Of a DNA stretch of 64,000 nucleotides, positions 49,864-61,096 are shown piece after piece. Origin of the DNA: an uncultured Gemmatimonadaceae bacterium (GTDB lineage: Bacteria > Gemmatimonadota > Gemmatimonadetes > Gemmatimonadales > Gemmatimonadaceae); the NCBI GenBank assembly GCA_963817955.1, contig CAWFQK010000007.1:64001-128000 (forward strand), given 5' to 3'. Numbering within the stretch: the stretch's first letter is position 1; each line of letters starts with the position of its first letter. The notes beneath the pieces are model-generated. The model had not been told where the DNA came from. It worked only from the letters and a program-made list of their open reading frames with translations, and did no database searches. Made by a program: the position numbers and the translations under genes.

Positions 49864-51693
49864 TCAGGCGAATTGGGGCGGCCGCTTCTTGTGAAAATCC
49901 GTGGCCTGCTGAAACGCGTGTGCCACCAGCAAGTTCTTTTCGTCCTGAAAAATTGGGCCCATGATGTACATGCCCGTCGGAAGGGCCACTTGAGGCGCCG
50001 GCGGCGCCGGCGGCGTTGGTGGCGTCGCTGCCCGCGTCGTATCCCCACCGCGACCGCCAGCCGCCCCGCCTCCCCTCCCGCCGCGCCCGAATGCGGGCGG
50101 AATGGCGAAGCCGGTGGGGACGACGATCGATGGCGTGCCGACGACGTTGGTGACCGACGTATTCTCCTGCGGCGTGACTACCACATCGTACTTCGAGAAC
50201 AGGTCCCACATCTGATTCATTGCGGCGATGCGCACGCGGTTGGCGTTCACATAGTCCACGGCCGGAATGAATTGGGCGGCGCGGAAGGTGTTCGGCCAAC
50301 TGCTGTACGGCTCCAGCTCCTTGATCTGACTGTTGAGCGTATCGGGCTCGAACGCCGCGCCGCACTCACTGTTGAGAATGATCGAATCCAGGTATCCGTA
50401 ATTCGGTGTCGGTACCTCGATCGCCTCGAGCTTGGCACCCTGTGCTTCGAGCACTTTGAGGAAGTTCATCGCCTCCGGAATGGGCGTCGTGGTGCCGTCC
50501 TGGGCGCGCCGCTCGAAGTTCGACTTGAAGTACGCAATGCGGAGCTGTGACAGCTGGTGTGTCGCGTTCCAATTGAAGGGATACGCCTTGACCGAGTAGT
50601 CGATACCATCAGGTCCCTGGATGGCGTCGAACACGAGCGCGCAATCTTCGGCGGTTCGGCAGATTGGGCCGAGCTTGTCCGTCGTCCACGACAGTGCCAT
50701 GGCGCCGGTGCGCGGCACGCGACCGAAGGTCGGACGGAAGCCCGAGACGCCGCAGGTGCGCGACGGCGAAGTGATCGAGCCGTTCGTCTCCGAGCCGATG
50801 CTGAAGCCGACGCAGCCTGCGGCCGTTGCCGATGCAGGGCCGGCCGACGATCCGCTTGCGCCGGGCGACAGTTGCTCGGGGATCCACGGGTTTCGGGTGT
50901 ACTGTTTCCACCAACGATTACCCTGGGCGAGCGATCCAAGGGCGAGCTTGGCAACGAGGATCGCGCCCGCCTCGTCGAGCCGCTTGACGACGCTCGCATC
51001 GTAATCGAACGTCTGGTTCTGATAGAGGCCGGCGCCCCATGTCGTGGGATAGCCCTTCACGGCGATGAGATCCTTCGCGCCCCACGGGATGCCGTGCAGC
51101 GGCCCGCGATATTTGCCGCGCGAAATCTCGGCATCCATGTCTTTCGCCTGCTTGCGCGCGCGCTCTTCGGTGAGGTTCACCACGAAATGGAGCTGCGGGT
51201 CGTAGCGCTTGAGGCGCGACAGGTACATGTCGGTAAGCTCCGATGGCTTGACCTTGCGCGTGCGCACGAGCTCCGAGAGCTGGGCAACCGGCGCGTATGC
51301 AAGCTCATCGAGGCTGCCTGGGCGTGTGAGGACGGGCATCTTGCTGCGCACGACCCCCGCCTTTGTCTTCCTCGGCAACTCCTTGCCCGGCGGTACGGGG
51401 TCGAACACGATCGCAGGCAGGATGCTCTGGTCGAGCGGTTCCTTGTGGAGCGTCGCGATATTCGAGCGCATCTGCGTCAGGCTGCGCACCATGGCGGTGC
51501 GCTCCTCATCGCTGAACTTCAGACCGGAGATCTCCTCCGCCGATGCGATCATCTCCTTGGTTATCTCAGGCCCCTGCTGCTGTCCCTGCGCTTGGGACTG
51601 TCCCCAGAGCACGCCTGGGAGGAGCGTGGAGCCGAGTCCTATGGAGCTGAAGTACGCCATGAAGGCGCGGCGATCGTATTTGGTGTCTGACAT
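49864..51693 (-). CDS. Amidase signature family enzyme with Tat-like signal
   Basis: GPLHGIPWGAKD, GSSAG, IGSETNGSITSP; N-terminal DRRAF. Start trimmed to 51693. Confidence 0.92.
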   Translation of the reverse strand: MSDTKYDRRAFMAYFSSIGLGSTLLPGVLWGQSQAQGQQQGPEITKEMIASAEEISGLKFSDEERTAMVRSLTQMRSNIATLHKEPLDQSILPAIVFDPVPPGKELPRKTKAGVVRSKMPVLTRPGSLDELAYAPVAQLSELVRTRKVKPSELTDMYLSRLKRYDPQLHFVVNLTEERARKQAKDMDAEISRGKYRGPLHGIPWGAKDLIAVKGYPTTWGAGLYQNQTFDYDASVVKRLDEAGAILVAKLALGSLAQGNRWWKQYTRNPWIPEQLSPGASGSSAGPASATAAGCVGFSIGSETNGSITSPSRTCGVSGFRPTFGRVPRTGAMALSWTTDKLGPICRTAEDCALVFDAIQGPDGIDYSVKAYPFNWNATHQLSQLRIAYFKSNFERRAQDGTTTPIPEAMNFLKVLEAQGAKLEAIEVPTPNYGYLDSIILNSECGAAFEPDTLNSQIKELEPYSSWPNTFRAAQFIPAVDYVNANRVRIAAMNQMWDLFSKYDVVVTPQENTSVTNVVGTPSIVVPTGFAIPPAFGRGGRGGGAAGGRGGDTTRAATPPTPPAPPAPQVALPTGMYIMGPIFQDEKNLLVAHAFQQATDFHKKRPPQFA

Positions 51694-51840
51694 TATGAGT
51701 GGGCCAGAGGATCGGACGACGGGATATCTGCGGCCTAATCTTCTCCCGCGGGACCAAGAGGCCGCAAGGGATATTGGCGAAGCGACCATCCTCCACCCGG
51801 AAGGCCCGATCTCCGTCGGCACGCGTTTATCTTTCACCCC

Positions 51841-52332
51841 ATGCCGATCGTTCGATTCGAGGCGTTGCCAGACTCGGCTCGCGTGTGGGTATTCGCGAGC
51901 GACAATCCGCTGACCGGCGCCGCGGCGGATACGCTGTTGGCGTCCGTCGACCAGTTTCTGGCCGACTGGAAAGCGCACGGTCGGCCGCTGCACTGTGCGC
52001 GGGACTGGCGCGATGGACGCTTTCTGGCCATTGGCGTGGATGTGACCGAGGAAGACGCCTCCGGTTGCTCAGTCGACGGTCTGTTTCGCACCTTCCAGCA
52101 GCTCGAGCGCGTCATCGGCTCGCGTCTCGTCGGCGGTGGACGCGTCTTCTACCGAACGCAGTCAGGTGTCGAAATGGCATCGCGCGAGGAATTTTCCGAT
52201 CGTGCCAAGCGCGGCGAAGTCTTGCGCGAAACGCCGGTGTTCGACACGAGCATCACACACGCGCGCGATTGGCGTAACAATTTCGAGCAACCAGCAGGCA
52301 AGACCTGGACGGCCGGCTTCTTTCAGAATTGA
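51841..52332 (+). CDS. Conserved-looking hypothetical protein
   Basis: SARVWVF, WKAHG and ASGCSVD motifs; normal codon pattern. Confidence 0.75.
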   Translation: MPIVRFEALPDSARVWVFASDNPLTGAAADTLLASVDQFLADWKAHGRPLHCARDWRDGRFLAIGVDVTEEDASGCSVDGLFRTFQQLERVIGSRLVGGGRVFYRTQSGVEMASREEFSDRAKRGEVLRETPVFDTSITHARDWRNNFEQPAGKTWTAGFFQN

Positions 52333-53351
52333 CCGCGGGTGACATCGGCCAGCACCCGCGTCGTGCGAGTGATTTCCTCCGCCTGCCCGCGCGATAGCGT
52401 CTCGTTTGCATCGAGACACCAGATGCCGTCCAGGAGTCCGTCTCGCCGAAGCACCTCGTGAATTCCAGGAATGCAACCGGCAAAGGCGTGCGACGCATCG
52501 AACACGGCCGCATTGGCGTCGGTGAGCGCCGCCCCCAATGAAAGCAGCGCCGGATCGATCGCACCTCGCGAGCGAGCAAGCTTGATGTGCGCCAGGAGCG
52601 CGACGGCATCTCGCGTCCATATCGCCCACTGTCCGAGCAGCCCGCCATCGATGAAGCGCGTGACGGTGGTACCGCCGGCGTTCACAGGAAACGGCGTCAG
52701 GAGATCGGCGACGATATTGTCGTCATTGCCGGTGTAGAGCGCCACGTCGTCACGGCCGGCGTCGACGACGGCACGCACGACGTCGATGGTCTGATACCGG
52801 TTGAACGGCGCGATCTTGATGGCCCACACGTCTGGAATCTCGGCGAACTCCCGCCAGAAACGATACGACAGCAGGCGTCCGCCGACCGCGGGCTGGAGAT
52901 AGAAACCGAACAGCGGCATGATCTCGGCGATGGTGCGGCAATGCACGAGGAGATCGTCCTCGGGTTCCTCGTGCCACCCGCCCAAGCTCAAGAGCGCGGC
53001 GTCGTATCCGAGCGTCGCAGCGATCTCCGCTTCCGTGGTGGCCTGTGACGTGCGGCCGACGACCCCCGCGATCATGGCAAACGCCGCGTTGTCGCGCGTG
53101 CGGCGCGCTTCGTCCATCGCCATCTCGAGCACAGGCCGATAGAGTCGGACGGAGACATCTCGAATGGCGAACTGCGTCGTGTGCACAGCGACCGCTAGAC
53201 CACCGGCACCCGACTCGATGTAGTAGCGCGTGAGTCCGCGCTGTCTTCGCTCGTCGAGCGTGCGCGCTTCCGTGAGCGCGAGCGGATGCGCGGGGATCAC
53301 CTGTCCGGCGCGCAGGTGCGCGCGCACGCTCACGCGTTCAGAATTTTCCAT
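52323..53351 (-). CDS. Dihydrodipicolinate synthase-like (class I aldolase) protein
   Basis: VIPAHPLAL, AVHTTQF, FYLQP, AIKIAPF, YTGND. Confidence 0.85.
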   Translation of the reverse strand: MENSERVSVRAHLRAGQVIPAHPLALTEARTLDERRQRGLTRYYIESGAGGLAVAVHTTQFAIRDVSVRLYRPVLEMAMDEARRTRDNAAFAMIAGVVGRTSQATTEAEIAATLGYDAALLSLGGWHEEPEDDLLVHCRTIAEIMPLFGFYLQPAVGGRLLSYRFWREFAEIPDVWAIKIAPFNRYQTIDVVRAVVDAGRDDVALYTGNDDNIVADLLTPFPVNAGGTTVTRFIDGGLLGQWAIWTRDAVALLAHIKLARSRGAIDPALLSLGAALTDANAAVFDASHAFAGCIPGIHEVLRRDGLLDGIWCLDANETLSRGQAEEITRTTRVLADVTRGQF

Positions 53352-54342
53352 CGCGCGCCTCGAATTTGGTCGGCTTGCCGAGCAGTGCTCCTCCGGCCTC
53401 GACCCAGTCCGCTATCCACGTGAGCATCTGTTGGGTGCTCACCTCTGGTGGGGCGAACTCCGATCGCATGCGCGACGTGTTGCTGAGCAACGCGTCGGCG
53501 CGTTCCTTTCCCGTGAATGTCGCGCGCGTCGCGAAGCGCGCCGCGAACCACTCGGCGATTGCGCGCACCGATAGTTCCTCGGCGCCAGTGACGTTCACGA
53601 CGAACGGCGGTACCGCGGCCTTCGACAGACACTCGAGCGCGATGCGATTCGCATCGCCCTGCCATATGACGTTCACATACCCCATATCCACAGACACGGG
53701 GTCGCCGCGCTGCACGCGCGTGGCGATGTCCACGAGGACACCATACCGCAGGTCGATGGCGTAGTTGAGCCGCATGATAGCCACATGCGTGCCATATCGC
53801 TCGGCGTACGATTCGAACACGCGCTCACGGCCAACGCACGACGCGGCGTACTCGCCGACCGGGCCGAGTGGATCGTCTTCGCGTGAACCGCCGGCGTGCA
53901 CCGGTGCGAGAGCATACACATTGCCGGTGGAGAAAGCGACAATGCGCGAGTTGCGATATCGTTCGGCGCAGTTTGCTGGCACAATCGTGTTCATCGCCCA
54001 TGTCATTGCCGGCGCACCGCTGGTTCCGAACTTCTGCCCAGCCATGAACACCACGTTCGGTGCATCCGGTAATCGCGCGACCGCGTCACGATCGAGCAGG
54101 TCGCAGCGCACCGTTTCGACACCGGCGTCGTTCAGTGCTCGCTCGGTCTTGCTGGACGACCATCGCGACACGGCAATCACGCGGCGGTTGTCCTGGACCG
54201 CGCGCGCCGCCATGCGAGCGAGGGTCGGTCCCATCTTGCCCCCCGCTCCCAGAATGATGACGTCGCCTGGAGCTTCCTTGAGTGCCGCAACGGTCTGGGT
54301 TCGCGGCGTGGAGAGCAGGGTGTCGAGGTCGTCAGGCGACAT
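53338..54342 (-). CDS. NAD-dependent epimerase/dehydratase
   Basis: LGAGGKMG, FSTGNVY, EYAASC. Start trimmed because the ORF-track extension runs through repeat copy 3. Confidence 0.88.
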   Translation of the reverse strand: MSPDDLDTLLSTPRTQTVAALKEAPGDVIILGAGGKMGPTLARMAARAVQDNRRVIAVSRWSSSKTERALNDAGVETVRCDLLDRDAVARLPDAPNVVFMAGQKFGTSGAPAMTWAMNTIVPANCAERYRNSRIVAFSTGNVYALAPVHAGGSREDDPLGPVGEYAASCVGRERVFESYAERYGTHVAIMRLNYAIDLRYGVLVDIATRVQRGDPVSVDMGYVNVIWQGDANRIALECLSKAAVPPFVVNVTGAEELSVRAIAEWFAARFATRATFTGKERADALLSNTSRMRSEFAPPEVSTQQMLTWIADWVEAGGALLGKPTKFEARDGKF

Positions 54343-54390
54343 GGTCAAGAGCGGCTCTTCGGGGGTTCGGGGGCGGGACGGTTTGTTTGT

Positions 54391-54684
54391 TTTAACGCAG
54401 AGGTCGCAGAGAACTGCAAGAGAACGGCAAAGAGAACTGCAAGAGAACTCAAAAGAACTGCAAAGAGAACTGGAAGCGTACGGAAGAGGGAAGCGCGTAT
54501 CAGTGGAATGAACCGTGGATGCCGAGTCCACAATCATTCCGCCTATATCGCTGATAATCCCGACCTGGGCGATACCATCGGAGCGTCCCGACGGCATCAG
54601 CCAAGACTTCCAGGCGAGACAACCCTTCACGGTCCTCTGCCGTTCTCTTGCAGTTCTCTGCGACCTCTGCGATAAATAGCTGTT
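54391..54684. mobile_element. Palindromic MITE/REPIN-like element, copy 3 (inverted relative to copy 2)
   Basis: Core 54470-54640 is the reverse complement of 49295-49468 with scattered mismatches; same arms. Confidence 0.75.
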
Positions 54685-55017
54685 GCGCCGTCCGCCCTAA
54701 CCAGCTTTTTCATGCCCCCACGAACCCATCAATTCGCCCACTCATTTCGGCGAAGACCCATCAAAGGTAAGTCTGGCGCCCATGCCGGTCATGAGTTGCG
54801 ACAGAGATCATTCGGTATGCTGAGCCTGGTCTCGGGCGGCTGCTCGTTGATTGCCGAGAACAGAATCGACAGAAATGCCGTGATCGTGGGGGATTGCCTG
54901 ATGTCGAGGTCGGCATAGAAGTACATTTTCCCGTCGCGATACTCCAGTGCCTGCGTCTTTCGTGGAGTGCCTTGAATGGCGTGCAGTCACGTAATCGATC
55001 ATCCGGGAGGGGGGAGC

Positions 55018-55446
55018 ATGCCGACACGTAATGCGACAGCGAAGTGGGAAGGTGGTCTCAAGGGGGGACGCGGTAGCTTCAGCGGACAGACGGGATTTGG
55101 CGGGCAATACAACTTCAGCTCGCGTTTCGAATCGGGTGTCGGCTCGAATCCCGAAGAGTTGCTCGCCGCCGCGGAGGCGGCGTGCTACAGCATGGCGTTG
55201 AGCGGGGCACTCGAGGCCAACGGCACACCTCCGACCAGCATCGAAACCAAGGCGGGATGCACCGTTGAGAAGGTCGGAGCGGGCTTCACGATCACGAAGA
55301 TGGTGCTTGACGTGCGTGCCGTGGTGCCGAAGGTTGACGATGCGACGTTCCAGCGTCTCGCCGCCGACACCAAGCAAAACTGTCCGGTATCGAAGGCGTT
55401 GAAGGGGAACGTGGATATTCAGGTGACCGCAACTCTCTCGTCGTGA
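55018..55446 (+). CDS. osmC: OsmC family peroxiredoxin
   Basis: SRFE...NPEELLAAAEAACYSMAL and CPVSKAL. Confidence 0.92.
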   Translation: MPTRNATAKWEGGLKGGRGSFSGQTGFGGQYNFSSRFESGVGSNPEELLAAAEAACYSMALSGALEANGTPPTSIETKAGCTVEKVGAGFTITKMVLDVRAVVPKVDDATFQRLAADTKQNCPVSKALKGNVDIQVTATLSS

Positions 55447-55619
55447 TTCGAGGCCGGGGTGGTGTCGTGGGTCCGATTATCGGCGACGCGGCTCAGCTAT
55501 TTCCTCATCATGCCGAACATCCTGCTCTCGGGCATCGATCGGGTAATGTGCCTTGATCCGCGGCCCCGATGGCCGCAGGCTTAGCGAACGTAATTCGCCA
55601 CCATTTTTCCATCGGTATC

Positions 55620-56000
55620 ATGTCATCGGCCAACGAACGCTCTGTCACCTGGTACGCCTGGGACCAACTCCCGCGCGAGACCGTGTCCCCCATGATCGAT
55701 CGCCGTCTGATCACCGGCGACAGCATGATGATCGCCCATGTCTATCTGAAGCAGGGTTGCATCGTGCCGAAGCACTCGCACGAGAACGAGCAGATCACAT
55801 ACATCCTGGAAGGTGTCTTGAAGTTCTGGATCGGGGACGACGAATCGCAGGTCGTGCTCGTCCGCGCCGGCGAGGTGCTGCACATTCCGTCCAACGTGCC
55901 GCACAAGGCCGAAGCCCTCGAAGACACGCTCGATGTCGACATTTTTGATCCACCGCGCCAGGACTGGTTGAACAAGACCGATTCGTACCTCCGGAAATAG
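55620..56000 (+). CDS. Cupin domain protein
   Basis: HSHENEQ...IPSNVPH. Confidence 0.9.
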   Translation: MSSANERSVTWYAWDQLPRETVSPMIDRRLITGDSMMIAHVYLKQGCIVPKHSHENEQITYILEGVLKFWIGDDESQVVLVRAGEVLHIPSNVPHKAEALEDTLDVDIFDPPRQDWLNKTDSYLRK

Positions 56001-56003
56001 CCC

Positions 56004-56792
56004 ATGGATCTGGGTCTCAAAGGCAAAGTTGCGCTCGTTGGCGCGGCGAGCCGCGGGCTCGGCCGCGCCATCGCGGTCGAGCTGGCGCGGGAAGGCGCGC
56101 GCGTGGTGATCTGCGCGCGCGGCGCCGAGGCGCTCGAGGCGACTCGGAGGCAGATTGCCGCGACCGGGGCGGAGATTCACGCTGTGGCGGCCGACCTGTC
56201 GCAGCGTGATGGGATCGAGCGGGTCGCGTCGGAGGCGATGACAACGTTCGGCCGTGTGGATGTACTCGTCACGAATGCCGGCGGACCCCCGGCCGGCCCA
56301 TTTGACGCACACGATTGGAGCGCTTGGGACCGCGCAGTCAATCTCACGCTGCGGAGCGCAGTGGAGCTCACACGCGCCGTGCTGCCGGGCATGCGCGAGC
56401 GGAGATGGGGACGCATCATCAATGTGACGTCGATCGCCGTGAAGCAGCCCGTAGACAACCTCATGCTGTCGAACAGCGTGCGGTCGGCGGTGACCGGATT
56501 CGCGCGAACGCTGGCCAACGAGGTGGCGACGGACGGCGTGACGGTGAACAACATTCTTCCCGGCTACACCCGCACCGAGCGGGTCGACGCGCTCGCCGAG
56601 GCCAATGCTGCAAAGGAAGGCGTGACGAAACAGGAGGTCGTGGCCCGATTCGAGCGCGAGATTCCCATGCGCCGCCTCGGTGAGCCAGAGGAATTCGCGG
56701 CGCTCGCCGCGTTCCTCGCCTCGGAACGCGCGAGCTACATCACCGGGCAGTCCATCGCCGTGGACGGGGGTTGGATCAAGTCGTTGCTGTAA
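56004..56792 (+). CDS. SDR family oxidoreductase
   Basis: AASRGLG, TNAGGPP, YITGQSIAVDGG. Confidence 0.92.
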   Translation: MDLGLKGKVALVGAASRGLGRAIAVELAREGARVVICARGAEALEATRRQIAATGAEIHAVAADLSQRDGIERVASEAMTTFGRVDVLVTNAGGPPAGPFDAHDWSAWDRAVNLTLRSAVELTRAVLPGMRERRWGRIINVTSIAVKQPVDNLMLSNSVRSAVTGFARTLANEVATDGVTVNNILPGYTRTERVDALAEANAAKEGVTKQEVVARFEREIPMRRLGEPEEFAALAAFLASERASYITGQSIAVDGGWIKSLL

Positions 56793-57843
56793 TGTGGCTG
56801 GGGAGTGCGAACTTCACCCGCTCGGTGCCGAAGCGACGCAACACTTCGAGATTGATCGCCTGCTGCACATTCATGTACTTCGTGTAGTCGGGATCGAGCA
56901 CGTAGTAGACCGTTTCCAGACGGATCGACCAATTTCCAAGGCTCGCCACATGACACCGGTCGAACTTGACCGGCGACTGCGCCGCGACGATCTGCTCCAC
57001 GACGGCCGGCAGTCGTGAGAGCACGTCGGGCGGCGTGTCGTACAGCAGGTCGAGATTGAACTGGACGCGCCGCTGATACATGCGGCGGTAATTCCGCAGC
57101 CGGCTCTTCAGCAGGTCGCCGTTGCCGATGATGATCTGCTCGCCCGTGACGCTGCGGAGGCGCGTCGTCTTGAGTCCGATGTGTTCGACCGTGCCGGTGA
57201 CCTGATCGACGCCGATGGTATCACCGACGTCAAACGGCTTGTCGAACACAATTGCCAGCGCGGCGAGCAGATCCCCAAGGATGTTCTGCACGGCGAGCGC
57301 GACGGCGATGCCGCTCACGCCCAGCCCGGTGATCAGTGGCGTGATGTCGATGAAGAAGACCGTCTTCATCGCCGTGAACACGATCAGGATCCAGAGGAAC
57401 ACCTTTGCCGCCACGCCGATCGCGCTGATCATCGCGATGCTCGTGCGATCGTTCGACTGTGTATGCCGCATCAGGTGGTGCTGCATCCAGAAGCCGATCG
57501 CCGCGGCGCCCCACAACGCGATCTGCCACAGCATCACCAACTTGGCGAGCGGTCCGACGTACGGGCTCGCGCGACCCAGGTCGAGGGCGTGTGTCGCGCT
57601 CAGCAGCGCAAACATCACCAGCACCCACCTCGGCGTCTGCCGGAGCAGCTCGACGATCATGTCGTCGAACTGATGCGTCGTCCGAGCGGCGAGTTGACCG
57701 AGACGCGCAATGAGCACGCGGCGGGAGATCAACAGGACGAACAACGTGACGGCAGCGGTGAGTGCCGCCGTGAGCCACGTCTGAACGGAGTTGTTCAGGA
57801 ATTGTTGACCAAGGACGTCGATGACTGGTGCGGGCACGGGCAT
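56776..57843 (-). CDS. Small-conductance mechanosensitive channel (MscS family)
   Basis: GIAVALAVQNILGD, KPFDVGD, IGLKTTRLRS. Confidence 0.93.
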   Translation of the reverse strand: MPVPAPVIDVLGQQFLNNSVQTWLTAALTAAVTLFVLLISRRVLIARLGQLAARTTHQFDDMIVELLRQTPRWVLVMFALLSATHALDLGRASPYVGPLAKLVMLWQIALWGAAAIGFWMQHHLMRHTQSNDRTSIAMISAIGVAAKVFLWILIVFTAMKTVFFIDITPLITGLGVSGIAVALAVQNILGDLLAALAIVFDKPFDVGDTIGVDQVTGTVEHIGLKTTRLRSVTGEQIIIGNGDLLKSRLRNYRRMYQRRVQFNLDLLYDTPPDVLSRLPAVVEQIVAAQSPVKFDRCHVASLGNWSIRLETVYYVLDPDYTKYMNVQQAINLEVLRRFGTERVKFALPSHITATT

Positions 57844-57882
57844 TGGGGTGGAGAGGGTCGCCCAATGATAACGGAAACGACG

Positions 57883-59385
57883 TCAGCGTGCCGCCGCCTG
57901 CTCCATCTCGGGTGATCGCGCGCGCCGCCGCATGGTGGGTGTTCCATCGCACGCATCGCAGTTGCCGCATTGCCAGTCAGGTTCCACGCCCTCGCCGAAG
58001 TACTCGAGAATGAACCGTGTTCGACAGCGCGCGCTCTGGCAGTAGTTGATCATCGCGCGCAGTTTGGCGTGGTCCTGTGTACGCCGTTGCTCGTAATCAG
58101 TGAGGTCGGCACTCAGGTCGACAGACGTGAGACGGTTCTGCAGGCGCTCCCAACTGCCCCCACGATACTCGCGCACGAGGCCGTGTCGCTTGAGGAGTAC
58201 CAGGACAATCCGCGTCTTGCGCCGCGCCACACCCGCCTTGTCCGCGAGGTCCTCCAGGAGGACGGTCTCGTTGATCGCTACCTGCTCGAGCACGATCGCG
58301 ACGCGGGCCGCCTCTTCGACATCGGGGTACTTGCCGCCAAGGAAGTACGACTGCACCCGGCTGTCCTCGACGCGATAGAACAGCGTGCATGTCGCCGGCA
58401 GTCCCTCGCGGCCGGCGCGGCCGGCTTCCTGGTAATACGACTCCACGGAACCGGGGAAATGGTAGTGAATGACGAAGCGCAGATCCTGCTTGTCGATACC
58501 GAGGCCGAACGCGTTCGTCGCAATCATGGCCCTGAACCGATCGGCCATGAACTGGTCCTGCATGGTCTTCCGCTCGGCCGCCGCCATCTTTCCGTGATAC
58601 ATCCCGACGGCGTCGCGAACCTTGAGCTGCTCGTAGAGCCGCTCTGCTTCACGAACCGTGGCAACGTAGATCACGCCGACGCCATCGGTGTCGTGCAGCA
58701 TCTGGCCGAGCGCAGCATCCTTCATCGTTTCGTTGACGGTGCGCTTCACCTCGAATCGGAGATTCGGACGTGCGAAGCCGGTCACGGTGCTGTGGGGATT
58801 GCTCATGCCCAGTTGTCGCGCGATATCCGCACGAACCTCTACCGTCGCTGTGGCCGTGAGGGCAAGAATGGGGGGACGGCCGAGACGCTTCACGACCGAA
58901 CCGAGCGTGAGATAGTCGGGGCGGAAATCATGCCCCCACTGGCTGACGCAATGCGCTTCGTCGATGACGAACAGGCTCACCCGGCGCGTGAGCAACTGCT
59001 CGAAGAATTCACGATCCTTGAATCGCTCCGGCGTGAGATAGAGAATCTCGCCGCCGCCGTCACCGACGCGCGCCGAGAGATCGCGCGCCTGCGCGCCGGT
59101 GAGGTGCGAGTGCATCGCCATGGCATCCACCCCGTGCGCAGCCAGCTTGTCCTGCTGGTCCTTCATGAGCGCGATGAGCGGACTCACCACCACGGTGAGG
59201 CCCGGCAGCATGAGCGCGGGCAACTGATAGACCAGTGACTTTCCGCTGCCCGTTGGCATGACGACGAGCGCGTCCCGACCCTCGAGGACGGCGCGAATCG
59301 GCTCCCACTGGCCTCGCTGGAATTCTCGATGACCGAATCGGGCGATGAGTACGCGCCGCGCCTTGGTCCGAAGCATCTGTGGCAT
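57883..59385 (-). CDS. recQ: RecQ-family ATP-dependent DNA helicase (short, no HRDC)
   Basis: [42 protein letters not shown]. Confidence 0.93.
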   Translation of the reverse strand: MPQMLRTKARRVLIARFGHREFQRGQWEPIRAVLEGRDALVVMPTGSGKSLVYQLPALMLPGLTVVVSPLIALMKDQQDKLAAHGVDAMAMHSHLTGAQARDLSARVGDGGGEILYLTPERFKDREFFEQLLTRRVSLFVIDEAHCVSQWGHDFRPDYLTLGSVVKRLGRPPILALTATATVEVRADIARQLGMSNPHSTVTGFARPNLRFEVKRTVNETMKDAALGQMLHDTDGVGVIYVATVREAERLYEQLKVRDAVGMYHGKMAAAERKTMQDQFMADRFRAMIATNAFGLGIDKQDLRFVIHYHFPGSVESYYQEAGRAGREGLPATCTLFYRVEDSRVQSYFLGGKYPDVEEAARVAIVLEQVAINETVLLEDLADKAGVARRKTRIVLVLLKRHGLVREYRGGSWERLQNRLTSVDLSADLTDYEQRRTQDHAKLRAMINYCQSARCRTRFILEYFGEGVEPDWQCGNCDACDGTPTMRRRARSPEMEQAAAR

Positions 59386-59503
59386 TGGAGATTACAGGGG
59401 CAGGAAATGGACCGCGCTCGTTGCCCTCTCCAGCTTGACTGCTCGCGAACACGCCTCCGCGCCACGCCTTATCTTCAATAACAATCTTGAACGCGAGTCT
59501 GAC

Positions 59504-60418
59504 ATGCTCATCAGGAAACCAGACGCCATCAAGTCTTCGGAGATCACGCCGGAGGAGCGCTATCTCGACAGGCGCAGTTTCCTCGCGGTAGCCGGGCTGG
59601 CAGCGGCAGGCGTGCTCGGCACCGGCCGACTTGCGTCGATGGCTGCGCCGGCCGGCCGGCAGGACGACAAGCCGAACAGCTGGGACGAGATTACCGGCTA
59701 CAACAACTACTACGAGTTCGGCACCGACAAGGAAGATCCGTCACGGAATGCGCGGAACTTCCGCACTCGCCCATGGACGGTGAAGGTGGACGGCCTGGTG
59801 AAGAAGCCCGCCACGTATCACCTCGAGGATCTCGTCAAGCCGTACAAGCTCGAGGATCGAGTGTACCGCTTTCGCTGCGTCGAAGCGTGGTCGATGGTCA
59901 TTCCATGGCAGGGAATTCCGTTGGCGGAAATGATCCAGCGCTTCGAGCCATTGCCGAGCGCAAAGTATGTACGCTTCGAAACGCTTTACGACCCGACGCA
60001 GATGCCGGGGCAGAAGGCCGCCGTCCTGCCGTGGCCGTATGTCGAGGGGCTGCGCATGGACGAAGCCACGCATCCGCTGACGCTCATGGTGACGGGGCTG
60101 TACGGGAAGACGCTGCCGAACCAGAACGGCGCGCCGCTGCGGTTGATCGTGCCGTGGAAGTACGGCTTCAAGGGAATCAAGGCGATCACGCGGATCTCAC
60201 TGGTGGCCGAACAGCCGCGGAATACCTGGCAGATCGCCAATCCCAACGAGTACGGCTTCTACGCGAACGTCAACCCCGACGTTGACCACCCACGATGGAC
60301 GCAAGCGAGCGAGCGCCGCATCGGACAATTTCGGCGTCAGAAAACGCTCATGTTCAACGGGTATGCGGATCAGGTGGCCCGTCTGTATACCGGCATGGAC
60401 CTGAGGAAGAATTTTTGA
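59504..60418 (+). CDS. msrP: Protein-methionine-sulfoxide reductase catalytic subunit MsrP
   Basis: Tat signal [39 protein letters not shown]. Confidence 0.95.
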   Translation: MLIRKPDAIKSSEITPEERYLDRRSFLAVAGLAAAGVLGTGRLASMAAPAGRQDDKPNSWDEITGYNNYYEFGTDKEDPSRNARNFRTRPWTVKVDGLVKKPATYHLEDLVKPYKLEDRVYRFRCVEAWSMVIPWQGIPLAEMIQRFEPLPSAKYVRFETLYDPTQMPGQKAAVLPWPYVEGLRMDEATHPLTLMVTGLYGKTLPNQNGAPLRLIVPWKYGFKGIKAITRISLVAEQPRNTWQIANPNEYGFYANVNPDVDHPRWTQASERRIGQFRRQKTLMFNGYADQVARLYTGMDLRKNF

Positions 60419-61059
60419 CGCGACCGGTGCCGCGTGGTGGGCGACGTGCGTGGGCCAAAGGCATGGTCTTCCTCATCGCGCTTCTTCCGCTGGCGCTGAC
60501 CGGGTGGCGTGTTGCAACCAATCGGCTTGGTGCCAATCCCATCCGCGAACTGGAGATTCAGACGGGCTTGTGGACGCTACGGCTGCTTGCGGTGACGCTG
60601 GCGCTCACGCCATTGCGCCGGAGCTTTGGCTGGAACTTTCTCGCCAGATATCGGCGGATGCTCGGCTTGTGCACATTCTTTTATGCGTGTGTGCACCTCA
60701 GCATGTGGGCCGCGGTGGACTGGTTCTTCGCCTGGGGCGACATGTGGCACGAGATCGTGAAGCACCAGTACATTTTCATCGGGATGCTCACGTGGCTGAT
60801 CCTGGTGCCGCTCGCCATCACGTCGACAAAGGGATGGGTGCGCCGGCTCGGTAAACGCTGGGTGCGACTTCACCGCCTGGTCTATGTCGCCGCGATCACG
60901 GGTACGGTGCACTATCTCTGGGCGGTGAAGAAGGACACCTTCTTTCCGCTCGTCTACCTCGCGGTTTTCGCGATGCTGCTTGCCTACCGCGTCTTCGACG
61001 CACGGCGAACGCCATTCCGCGTACCCAGGCCGGGATCTGGCGCTTCAGCGGCGGCGTAG
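60415..61059 (+). CDS. msrQ: Heme-binding membrane subunit MsrQ
   Basis: [29 protein letters not shown] start overlaps the msrP stop. Confidence 0.92.
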   Translation: MTRPVPRGGRRAWAKGMVFLIALLPLALTGWRVATNRLGANPIRELEIQTGLWTLRLLAVTLALTPLRRSFGWNFLARYRRMLGLCTFFYACVHLSMWAAVDWFFAWGDMWHEIVKHQYIFIGMLTWLILVPLAITSTKGWVRRLGKRWVRLHRLVYVAAITGTVHYLWAVKKDTFFPLVYLAVFAMLLAYRVFDARRTPFRVPRPGSGASAAA

Positions 61060-61096
61060 GACCGTCGCGGGTTCGCACGGCGACTATGTTGCGTCT

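Noticed and set aside
54712..55027. Short ORFs and a weak sigma28-like motif upstream of osmC
   Set aside because: No recognisable protein motifs; poor match at both promoter boxes.
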